From the human T2T-CHM13v2.0 reference genome, Homo sapiens, in assembly GCF_009914755.1 (NCBI RefSeq), contig NC_060938.1: a stretch of 64,000 bases of DNA; one strand, 5' to 3'. Within the stretch, counting starts at the first letter, position 1. Every line of letters starts with the position of its first letter. A program made the translations under genes and the position numbers. Below, piece after piece: positions 50,965-64,000 of the stretch. The notes under the pieces are model-generated. The model did no database searches. It had not been told where the DNA came from and saw nothing but the letters and a program-made list of their open reading frames with translations.

Positions 50965-52455
50965 TGATCTGCCTGCCTCGGCCTCCCAAAGTGCTAGGAT
51001 TATAGGTATGATCCACTGTGACTGGCCAGTCTGTAGTTTTCTTATAATGTCTCTATTAGGTTTTGGTAAGGTAATTCTAGCCTCATTGAATGGATTAGGA
51101 AATATTCCCTTGGCTTCTATCTTGAGAAAAAAAGATTGTAGATAATTGGTATAGTTTCTTAAATGTTTGATATAATTCATCACTGAGCCCCTCTGGGCCT
51201 GGTGCTTTCTGTTTTGGAAGGGCATTAATTATTGATTCAATTTATTTAATAGATATAGGCCTATTCAAATTGTCTGTTTCTTCTTGTGTAAGTTTTGACA
51301 GATTGTATCTTTCAAGGAGTTGGTCCATTTCATCTGAGTTATCAAATTTATTGGCATAGAGTTATTCATCATAGTTCTTTATTATCCTTTTAATGTCAGT
51401 GGTGTCTGTAGTTATGTTCCCTCTTTCATTTCTGATATTAATAATTTGTGTCTTCTTTCTTTTTATTTAGCCTAGTTAGAGTCTTATGAATTTTATTTAT
51501 CTTTTCAAAGAACTGGCTTTTGATTTTGTTGATTTTCTGTGTTGATTTCCTGTTTTCAATTTCATTGATTTCTGCTCTGTTTTATTTCTTTTTTTCTGCT
51601 TACCTTTGATTTAATTTTCTCTTTTTTTTTCTAGTTTCCTAATGTGGAAGCTTAGATTATTGATTTTAGATATTTCTTCTTTTCTAATATATTAATTTGA
51701 TGCTATGCATTTCTCTCAAAGCACTGCTTTTGTTACATTCCACAAATTTTGATGAGTTGTATTTTCATTTAGTTCAAAGTATCTTTAGATTTCTCTTGAT
51801 ATTTCTTCTTTGACACATGTGTTATTTAGAAATGTGTTCTTTAATCTTCAAGTATTTTGTGGATTTTCCAGTTAACTTTCTTTTGTTGATTTCTAGCACA
51901 ATTCCACTTTGGTTTAGGAGCAGACATTACATGATTTCTATTATTTTATATTTGTGGTCTGGGCACAGTGATGCATGCCTGTAATCCCAGCACTTTGGGA
52001 AGCCAAGGCAGGAGGATTGCTTGAGGCCAGGAGTTTGTGGCAAGCCTGGGCAACACAGCAAGGCCCAGTCTCTAAGAAAAAAAAAAAAGAGAGAGAGAGA
52101 AAGAAAAAAGAAAAAAATTCACCAGGGATAGTGGCATATGCCTGTAGTCCTCGCCACTCAGGAGGCTGAGGCAGGAGGATTACTTGAACCCAGGAGTTAC
52201 AATGAGCTATGATTGTACCACTGCACTTCAGCCTGGATGACAGCAAGACCCTGGGCATGGTGGTGCATGCCTGTAATCCTAGCTACTCAGGAGGCTGAGG
52301 CGGGAGAACCACTTGAACCCAGGAGGCGGAAGTTGCAGTGAGACAAGATGGCACCACTGTACTCCAGCCTGGGTGGCAGAGGAAGACTCCATCTCAAAAA
52401 TAAAATAAAATAAAATAAAATAATAAAATAAAATAAAATAAAATAAAATAAAAAA

Positions 52456-52846
52456 GAGTTTAATGGAGTAAATGAAAGATTCGCGAATCAGGCAGCCCTC
52501 AGAATCACAGCAGATTGACAGAGACTCCAGGGGTGCCTGTGATCAGAACAAATTTATAGACAAAAAAGGTAAAGTGACATATAGGAATCGGAAGTGAGGT
52601 ACAGAAGCAGCAAGATTGGTTACAGCTTGGTGTTTGCCTTATTTGAACGCAGTTTGGACATTCAGCAGTCTATGAGTGGCTGAAGTGTGGCCGCTGGGAT
52701 TGGCTAACACTCAGCTATTGTTACAGGTGCATACTATTAAATTAGGTTTTCAATTTTGTCTGTTAAGCTAAGTTACAGTTCATCCATAAGGACTCAAATA
52801 TAAAAGTATGGAGTCCTTCTCAGGCCATATTTATTTTGCTTTAACA
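52456..52846 (-). mobile_element. MER57 LTR (3' tip missing)
   Basis: Reverse strand starts tgttaaagcaaaataaatatggcctgagaaggactcc. Confidence 0.8.
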
Positions 52847-54073
52847 CACTTATTCACTCTCCAATGCTCTTCCTTTCCTTATGTAGATATGAGTTTCTGA
52901 CCTATATCATTTTCCTTCTCCCTGAGGACTTCTTTTAACATTTCTTGCAAGACAGGTCTACTGGCAACAAATTCCCTCTATTTTTGTTTGTCTGAGAAAG
53001 TATTCCTCCTTCACTTTTGAAGGATGATTTTATAGGGTACAGAATTCTAAGCTGGTGTTTTATTCTCTCAATACTTTAAATATTTCACTCCATTCTTTTC
53101 TTGCTTTCATGGTTTCTGAGAAGCCAGATGTAATTCTTATCTTCTTTCTTCAATAGGTAATTTTTTCTTCTTCTGGCTTCTTAAGATATTTTTCCTCATC
53201 TTTGATTTTTTGAAGTTTAAATATGAAATTTCTAGATATGGTTTGTTTAGGGCATTTATTCATTTGGTGTTCTCTTAGCTTCCTAGATCTGTGGTTTGAT
53301 GTCTGACATTAATATGGGAAAACTCTCAGTCATTGCTTCAAATATTGCTTCTAGTCCTTCTGATTATTCTCATTATACATTTTGCACCTTTTGCAGTTGT
53401 CGCACAGTTCTTCGATATTCTGCTCTGGGTTTTTTTTTTTTCAGCCTTTTTTCTCTTTGCTTTTCAGTTTTGGAAATTTCTATTGTCATAGCCTCAAGCT
53501 GAGAGATTTTTTTTCCTCGGCCATGTCCAGTCTCGCAATGATCCCATCATAAGCATTCTTCACTCTTACAGTGTTTGTGATCTCTTGCAATTTCTTTTTT
53601 ATTCTTAGAATTTTCATCTCTCTACTTATATTATCCATCTGTTCTTGCATGTTGTCTACTTTTGCCATTAAAGCTCTTAATACATTAATCTTAGTTTGCG
53701 TTTAAATTCCTGGTCTGATAATTCCAGCATTCCTGCCATATCTAATCTGGTTCTGATGCTTGCTCTATCTCTTCAAATTGTGTTTTTTACCTTCTAGTAT
53801 GCCTTGTGATTTTTTGTTGAATGCCCTTTATTTTTTCCCTGGCCACGATGTATTGGGTAAAAGGAGTTGTGGTGAATAGGCCTTTAGTGATGTGGTGGTC
53901 TTAGCCTTTTGGTGAGTTGCGCCCCTGGACTGTGAACTTCATAAATGCTTCTCAGGGCTTTCCCCCACCTTAGGTAGAATAGCATGGGTACAGTGGGCTG
54001 GAATTTGGTATTTCCCTTCCCCCAAGTAGGTTACACTCTGATAAAACAGGTTAGGCTCTGGTATAATCGTTTA

Positions 54074-54478
<405 letters not shown>

Positions 54479-54657
54479 TTATAACTCACAGAAGTGAGGA
54501 GGCCTCCCTAAGATTGGCCCCCCCTGGAGTTTTAACTCTTCAAACTGAACCTCCAGCAATTTGTCAATTGCAGTTCAGGTTTTCCTACCCCAGTACTGGT
54601 TCCCATGGAGGTTTCTGCTGGTAGTTTCTGCCTCATTAATGTGACTCTCTGTATCTG

Positions 54658-55085
54658 TGTCTTAGGCCATTCTTGCATTGCTATAAAGAAATACCTGAGA
54701 CTAAGTAATTTATAAAGAAAGGTTTGATTGGCTCATGGTTCTGCAGGCTTTACAGGAAGCATGGTGCTGGCATCTGCACAGCTTCTAGGGAGGCCTCAGG
54801 AAGCTTACAATCATGGCAGATGGTGAAGGTGGAGCAGACATGTCACATGACCAGAGCAGGAGCAAGAGAGAGAGCATGGGCGCGGGGAAGTGCCACACAC
54901 TTTAAACAACCAGATCTCATGTGTACTCAGAGGGAGAGCTCACTTATCACCAAGGGGATGACCCAAGCTATTTATGAAGGATCTGCCCCCGTAATCTAAC
55001 TACCTTCCACCAAGCCCCACCTCCAAGATTAGGGATTACATTTCAACATGAGATTCGGGCAGGAACAAATATCCAAGCTATATTA
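54658..55085 (-). mobile_element. MSTA solo LTR (MaLR)
   Basis: 428 bp; tgctataaagaaatacctgagact motif; 5-bp TSD atctg. Confidence 0.85.
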
Positions 55086-55854
55086 ATCTGCCTGTCTTTT
55101 CAATTTTGGGAATAGAACTTTGCTTTATGACCTCACTTCTCTGATGATGTAAGAAGACTTGCTGATTTTTCAGTTTGTTTGGTTTTTAAATTTATTTTAT
55201 TTAGAGACAGGGTCTCACTATGTTGCCCAGGATGGTCTCAAACTCCTGGGCTCAAGTGATCCACTTTGTGGATTACAGGAGTGAGCCACTGTGTCCTGCC
55301 TTGTTCAGCTTTTTACTTATTAGAATAAAGTGACAACTTCTAAATTCCTTACATGCTGAACTGGAAACTGAAGTTCTTCCGTTCTCTTTCTTTTTCCTCC
55401 TTAATATGTAACTTTTCCCCTATTTGTAGAAATCATGCTCTTTGTAGAAAACTTGTAAAACATGAATAAGAAAATAAAATTTATCCATAATCCCATAATT
55501 GACAGACAACTGTCACCAAACTTTTTGGTGCTTTTCATTTTAGCCTTTTTTTCTCTATATACTATTCTTATATATGGTATATTTTAAATATAATTATCAG
55601 CATATTGGATATTCAGTTTTATGGACTGCCTTTTCATTATACTTTTCATCATACCTTCATTAACATTATACATTTTTCATGTCCTTTAACATTCTTTGAA
55701 AACATCAATTTTAATGGCAATGTACTGATTCATTGTATGTGATGTTTTATTTAAATAATCTTCTATTTTTGATCCTTCTTCCTGACCAAGAAGAAGCAAT
55801 GAAGGTTTTGAGCAGGGAGTAAGGAAAAAGGGTGGGTATCATGTTTTGATTTCC

Positions 55855-56126
55855 ATTTTTGCGGGGGAGGGTGTCTCCCTCTATCACCCAGGCTGGAGTG
55901 CAATGACACGATCTCAGCTCACTGCAGCCTCGACCTCCTGGGCTCAAGTGATCCTCTCACCTCAGCCTTCCAAGTAGCTGAGACCACAGGTGCACACTAC
56001 CATGTCCAGCTATTTTTTTGTATTTTTTGTAGAGATGGGGTTTCACCATATTACCCAGGCTGGCCTCGAACTCCTGAGCTCAGGCGATCCGCCTGTCTTG
56101 GCCTCCCAAAGGGCTGGGATTACAGT
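55855..56126 (-). mobile_element. AluJ, followed by L2 relic (~56130-56700)
   Basis: Reverse Alu ending at gggattacag; L2-like sequence beyond. Confidence 0.75.
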
Positions 56127-57169
56127 GATTTCTATTTTAAATAGTGAAGTTGGCTGCAATATGGAGAAAAGGATGAAGGCGGGCCAGAAAGAGTGCAAAG
56201 AGCCCAGGTGGGAGGCCACTGCATTAGTCCAGGCAAGACCTAATAGCAGTGTGAACCAGAGCAGGGCAGTGAGATGAAGAGAAGTTGCCTGGCAGGTTCT
56301 AGAGTGGGGGCTGGGGGTGGGGGGCAATACGAACTGGACTTGAGGGTGGAGTGGGAAAGAGTAGAGTGGGGAAGGATGAGGTGAAGCATGAATCCCAAGT
56401 TTCTCACCTGCATAAGCAGTGGATGGTGGTGCATTCCCTGAGACAGGGTGCACTGGAAGATCACAAGCTCTGGTGGGGAAGATCATGAATTTGTTCTTGG
56501 ACATGTGTTTATGATATCTTTGGATATCTGGCTGGAGATGTGAAGCCAACAGTTGGATATAAGAGGATGGAGCTCAACCAAGAGTAGGGACGACAGGTAT
56601 CAACATAGGAGTCATTTGCACATAAATGGCAAATGAAGCAGGGAGGGGTGGGGGAGTAGGAGTGGTCTAGATTGCCTTGGATCTAGCGCAGACAGAGAGA
56701 GGGCAGGCGCAGCACTCTCTGAACTGAGGCAGTACTCCATGGTAGGGCTGTTGGGAGGATTGCATACAAACTGCTTGCAACATAGGAAGTGCTTAATAAA
56801 CGATAGCCACTGTCAGCCTGTCCAGCTTCCCAGAGTCATGTTCACTGTCACTCTGGGCCCAACCATGTGGGCCAATCTCGGTTCTTTCAGGGCAGCAGGT
56901 TTCCACAGGGCCTTTGTACCTACCTTTCCTTCTGCCTGGAATGCTCCTTCTTTTTCCTTCTATTGATTCATCTTCATCTGTCACCTAAAGAATCACCTGA
57001 TCTCCCCTAACCTCACACCACATACCTGCCTCACTCCCATCAGGGTAGCTCTACATAGAACCATGTCCCTGTCCTGCATATCATGTATCTTGGTTTGTAA
57101 TGCTACTCTAATGTGTCTGATTATTTTGGTAATATTTGATGTTTGCATTTGATCTACAATCCTGATCTG

Positions 57170-57506
<337 letters not shown>

Positions 57507-57794
57507 TGATTTTATTAATAGTTGCACTGGACTGTGAGCTCCCTGAGAGCAAGGATACAGCTGTTTTTGCTTATCTTCATATCCTCAGTGCATAGCTTGG
57601 CAGATGCTTGAAACATATTAGACAATAAATATGTGTAGCATGAATGAATAGAATTATAAGAAAAAATCTCACTGAGGTTTTTACTGGAATTGCATTGAGC
57701 TCGTAAATTAATTTGAAAGAATCTTTACTGTATTAAGTCTTCCTAACCAGGAGTCTAGTCTAGAATTGCATTCTTTTCAAGAATACAATTAGTT

Positions 57795-58010
57795 TTACTG
57801 AGGATGAGAAATCATGCCCTGTGAAGTGTGGTGAACAGGAATTCTTTGGCTTGGAGGAGAGGAGACTTGAGGACAGAATTGCTCTTTTAAATACTTGAAG
57901 AGAAAAGAGGTTAGTGTTGTTTTATGGCCTCAAGGGGGATAAGCCAGACCCATTGAAGGATTATGAGGTAGGCAGCTTTTGGCTCAAGTGGAGCTGGTGG
58001 TGGAAATGGG
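57795..58010 (+). mobile_element. L3/CR1 relic
   Basis: ttggaggagaggagacttgagg...ttaaatacttgaag resembles L3 3' region. Confidence 0.5.
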
Positions 58011-59044
58011 GTGCCTCCTCCCCTAGGTGTGCTTGAGCAGCCCAGAGTGGCTGGGCTTTGGCTGCTGTCCTTGGCTTTGCCTGTGTTTTGTTTTGCTAAG
58101 AGCTGTTCCCTAGCTCTTATTTTGGTGACAGGGACATGCAGGCTTCCTAGCTGAGGAGAGGGGCTTCAGGAGAGAGTACAGCTGAGACAGAGAGAAAGGC
58201 CCAGGAAGCCAGGCAGCAGCTGAAGGGAGAAAAAATTTGGGCAAGAGACAGAGATGGTTTATGAGATTTTGGAGGGGAATTTTGCTCCATAAATGAAATA
58301 GAACGCTCTCATTGAAGCCCCACAAAACTTTCAACAAAAATCTTCATTATTCATAAATGCTTTTGTATTTATAGCTGTCAGGGAGTGGCAGGGCTGAGCA
58401 TAGCAGAGGGTTGAGCCTGTAAGGAAAAGGCTTTTATCAGGGTTGTTCAGGGGTGAAATGGGCTGTCACGAGAGCCAGTCAAGCAAAGCTTGGACCATCT
58501 CTTGGCAGGAAAACCAAGCAGGAGACTGAAGCATCTGATGGAGACTTTAATTGCCTTTAAAGTTGCTTTGACCCTGGAGGGTTCTGACTCATGGGTGCCT
58601 GTTTCTCTGGCCCTTTCACAGAGCAATAAATGCTGTGCGGGCACATGTAGTACAGACTCAGGTAGAAAAGCACCTTATCACATATATAGGGGACTACTGG
58701 GGAAGGAAGGGAATTCCAGTCATTCCAAGCCAAATGATTGTCTTGCCGTATTATTTTCAGGTGGATCACATTCACTTTCTTCTTCTCAGAGGCATAGCTG
58801 GGATCTGCTGGCGTCACGAGGCACTTAAATGCCAGGGAGGGAAGGAATGGGTTTTAATCATTGACCCTCCCCCGTTTTCAACTACAAAAGGATATCCCAG
58901 CGTAATATCAAGTAACGGGAAATGTTTGTAAGTTGGAGTGTTAGAGAAAGGGACTTTCCAGGGATGGGGTGGAGCCTCCAGGTGGGTCCAGGGTGATCAT
59001 TTGTGAAGCGGCAGAGGCCCCAGACCTGTAAAAGCTGGGCGCCT

Positions 59045-59502
<458 letters not shown>

Positions 59503-59648
59503 CTATAAAGGGGTTTATCATCATAAGCAATATCCAATATCATGTGTTAGCTACTGAGAATGAATAATATAGGGAGTTTCAAACTTTTCTGAAGCTCCAA
59601 ACTCTTATTTCATCAAAGAGGGATTGGGGTCTATAAGAAGAAAATTTT

Positions 59649-59905
<257 letters not shown>

Positions 59906-60151
59906 ATACAATTTTAATTATATTTATATTATGTCCATATATGGTATCTTGTATATAGACACTGGTTGCCATGGCAGGGGGAAGGGAACGTAGCACATCA
60001 TGCATTGCCTCTTAAAGGCAACTGCCTAGAAGTAACACACTTCTGCTCTCATTCCATTGGCTTTAGCTAGTCCCACGGACCCACTCACCTTTACCAGGTG
60101 CACTGTGGCCATGTGGTGTGCCCAGGAGGAGCATCAGAATGCCAGTGAGAG

Positions 60152-60326
60152 CTGGGCTTGGTGGCTTGAGCCTGTGGTCCCAGCTACTCAGGAGGCTGAG
60201 GCAGGAGGATGGCTTGAGCTTGGGAGTTCAAGGCGGCAATGAGCTATGATCGTGCCACTGCACGAGTGCCACTCTGCCTGAGTGACAGAGACTCCATCTA
60301 TAAACATAATAATATTAATAATAATA
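60152..60326 (+). mobile_element. Alu right monomer
   Basis: ccagtgag on both sides. Confidence 0.8.
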
Positions 60327-61393
60327 CCAGTGAGCAGTGAGCAGTCTTGGTGGTGACAACAATTGGCAAAAACTGAGGTCAGTTTGTAACCAGTGATCCA
60401 TGCCCAAAGTGCCAGTAATGATTAGAAGGGAAAGATATAGCAACTCTTTGGGTAAGTAGTTTAGAGATGGAGGTCATAGGGTTTGAACGCAGGCTCCTTC
60501 CTCTGCCTCATGTTTTATTCCTTCTTTGCATCTCCTCAAAGCCCATGGCAACTTCTCCATATAGACAGCCTCCCTCCCCAGTGGGGTTTCCATTAAACTT
60601 GGGAACAAAGCCCCCAGGTGAAAATGAGAGTGGAATTTGGAGCTGGAAGATGAGAAAGGAAGTGAATGTGGAAATAATATCCTCCCACAGTGTAAAATGT
60701 GGAGGAACAAAGCAGTTGTCACAAAAATGTTTCAAGCCAAATTACGTGAAATGTGCCCCCCAATGCCACCTGCCACTGAACCCCAGGAAAAGAGGACTCC
60801 TGGAGGACACACAGTTGCTGGGAAAACACTTGGGCTTCCTGGGATTCCTGAAGGGGCAAGTCTGGTCCCCTGGGGCCTGTCCTGCACTTTCTAGTTCTCC
60901 TCCACTTTGGGGCCGGAGCAGAGGGAAGCTGAAGCCACCTGGAGTCATTGCTTCCCAGATACCTCAAGAAAAATAGAGTCCTTATTCTCTGACTTTTGGG
61001 TTGGGAATAGCTTTTCCTTGCCACTTCTAACAGACATCACTCCAGGGATCTCGAATGGAAATACACACTCACCACTCTTTCCTCCAGGTGTGAGGGACAG
61101 CCAACCCGCCTGATGGTGGCAGTGACTGGAGCTGCCCTGCAGAGTAGATATTTAGAATTATAGTTTCCTCCAGCCACAGGGAGTAATGTTGGGAGTGTTC
61201 CTAAACCCAGTCTTCAGCATGCAAAATGTGTTTTCAGTGGGCTCGATTCATCATAGATTTTGGGTTTGTCAGGACTACATATCAATGAGTGGGGCCAGCG
61301 GGCCTTAGAACTTAATTCCCGGTCTGGTGCAGCACATGACCCAGGCTGTGCTAAATCCCAGAGGGTCCCTTGGGATAGAGTGGGGGATCCTGA

Positions 61394-61678
<285 letters not shown>

Positions 61679-62035
61679 TGAGTCTGTCCTCCAAGGCTCC
61701 AGGTTTGAGTGTTCCCAGAAGAATCTGTAGACTCCCCTGACCCAGATAAATGGGGTCATTTCTACCCACTAGAGCATAAGGCAATGGAGCATCCCTCCAA
61801 GCCACAAAGCCCCCTGCCTTCATGAAAGCCTCTCTCACCCAGGGCCAGACAGGACACGCTGGCCTAGAGGTGCTTGCTGTTGGCCAAGACCCTCAACATT
61901 TGCTGTCTTTCCTGCATAGTCCTTTTTGGGAATGTGTCATTTGAGAACTTTAGTACCATGTATTGTTTGTAAACCTAGTTGTACATTATAATCATCTACT
62001 GAATTATAATCTTTTAAAGGTAGAGCCTAGAAATC

Positions 62036-62396
62036 TCTCTCTCTATATATACATGTATATATCTATATACATGTATATATGTATATATAAAAATGTTTGT
62101 TTGTTTGTTTGTTTTTGAGACAGAGTCTCACTCTGTCACCCAGGCTGGAGTGCAGTGGCACGATCTCGGCTCACTGCAGCCCCGCCTCCTGGGTTCAAGT
62201 GATTCTTGTGCCTCAGCCTCCTGAGGAGCTGGGATTACAGACATGTGCCACCATGCTTGGCTAATTTTTGTAATTTTAGCAGAGCCAGGGTTTTGCCATG
62301 TTGGCCAGACTGGTCGCCAACACCTGTCCTCAACGATCCTCCCACCTTGGCCTCCCAAAGTGTTGGGATTACAGGTGTGAGCCACCGCACCAGGGC
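62036..62396 (-). mobile_element. Alu with (TA)/(TTTG)-rich tail region
   Basis: ctagaaatct on both sides. Confidence 0.85.
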
Positions 62397-63292
62397 TAGA
62401 AATCTATATATTTTTTAAAAACACCCCAGGTGATTCTGAGGCAGCCTCCAGGAATGTGGAGACTGCTGCTGTGGGTGGGGTAGTCATCATCGTCATCCTC
62501 ATCCTCATCATTATCATCACCACACATGATCAGTGATAGCCCAGAAACTGTTTTCTTATAACAACCTTATCCAAGGGTGTCAATTAACTATGTATTTTGA
62601 GGAGGGAAAAACCCAGAGGATCTTACTAAGTAAATAGCCAAGCACCTACTCAGCTTCCAGAATGTTGCCAGGTATTAGAAGGAATAGAAGACAAGTCCAC
62701 TCCCTTGAAGAGTGGACGTATGATCTGGTTGGGGAAACCAGACTCATACCCAGGAAACATTAGTGTAATAATATGTAATCAGGTGCTAGAAGGCATGGTG
62801 CAGATTTCCTGTGTTACGAGAATTGAGACACATGCATGATGCTTGTGGGCTTGAATACAGGGCTGAGTGAGATGGGCCTTGAAAGGTGAGTAGGATTTTG
62901 AAAATTGGGCAGGAGAAGGGAAAGACTTTCCAAGTAGGATGAGGGGACACTAGTGTAAAAGCCTAAGGTGACTGAAGCTTGTGAAGAAGGCAGCAAGGAG
63001 CTTGTTACTAACCCAAAGAGGGGCCTTAGCCATGTTCTATGTCAGAATGACCATGGGTTCTAGCAAGTGCTGTCCAGAGAAGACAGGGTGAGGCTGGGGC
63101 CCCTTTGTTTCTCCAGTGTTTCCCTCTGCCTGTGGGGTGGCCCTAGGTTTATTCCAGGTGACAGATGCATGTGTACGTGGAGCAAGTGACTCCAACCCCA
63201 TGTGGCCAGGACTTACTTTCAACTCCAGGCCCCTACTGCTGCTGTCAGGGCCCAGCTGTGCAGAGGGGCTGGCCATTCAAGAGCCCTCCTGA

Positions 63293-63511
<219 letters not shown>

Positions 63512-64000
63512 TGACCAGGTGGCAGGCTGGTTGGTTGGACCACATGACACTGTTTTTTCCAGCAGTGTTTCCCCAGGGGGTGATCTGTAAGAGAAATGGG
63601 CATGGAGGGGTGCTGATCTAAAGGGTCTCTTCTCTATGGATCATTGAAAACTCTGGCCGAGGCATGAGGCCCAAAGCAAGAAGTGTCTGTTCTCAGACCT
63701 AAAAGGACAAATTCAGGCTTGTCCTTGCTATTACCATGGCCTCAGGAAATCCACCTCTGGTGCTTATATTTTTATACCAGATAGAGGATTGGTTAAGGTG
63801 GGCAGTGGAGCTACCCACCGCTTCCTTCTTGTGTCTTGTTCGCTTAGCTGCTCCTGAGTGACATTGAACGTAAAGGGAAATCAACTGCCAGGTCACCATC
63901 ATCTGATACCACAGAAACTGGGATGGGGTGGGGAGGTGACAAGCCTCAAGGACAAAGTACAAACTCCTTAGCATGGCAAGCAAGTGAAAACTCTGGCCCT

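Noticed and set aside
60467-60976. 169-aa ATG ORF in intron 6
   Set aside because: No recognisable protein family, poly-A/TSD or promoter; similar ORFs occur in other frames

Overview
Primate (very likely human) genomic DNA, dense in Alu and other interspersed repeats. The only protein-coding sequence I can support is coding exons 1-8 of PLEKHD1 on the + strand. These splice into an open 248-codon frame ([62 protein letters not shown]...ESLQQTLE; PH domain then coiled coil) starting at ATG 24114 in a CpG island and running off the right edge. The first ~1.55 kb looks like the end of a 3' UTR with an ATTAAA signal; from recalled synteny this is probably SLC39A9. The rest is intergenic or intronic: dozens of Alus, a THE1B provirus, several solo LTRs (MER21, MER72-like, MLT1A, LTR3, MER57, MSTA), DNA transposons (Tigger3a, MER1A, MER1B), a long interrupted antisense L1MC, and MIR/L2/L3 relics. 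Repeat subfamily names are recognised by eye and repeat edges are approximate unless a TSD is quoted. Nearly all ORFs in the supplied track are repeat-derived or GC-rich noise. I found no evidence of a new gene system. The most unusual items are rearrangement scars: ~41 bp of host flank copied inside the THE1B provirus, and a single MIR carrying a fold-back duplication plus two locally templated insertions. Also notable are a strictly alternating 28/31-bp repeat, a very young half-AluY, and several testable splicing/translation features of PLEKHD1.
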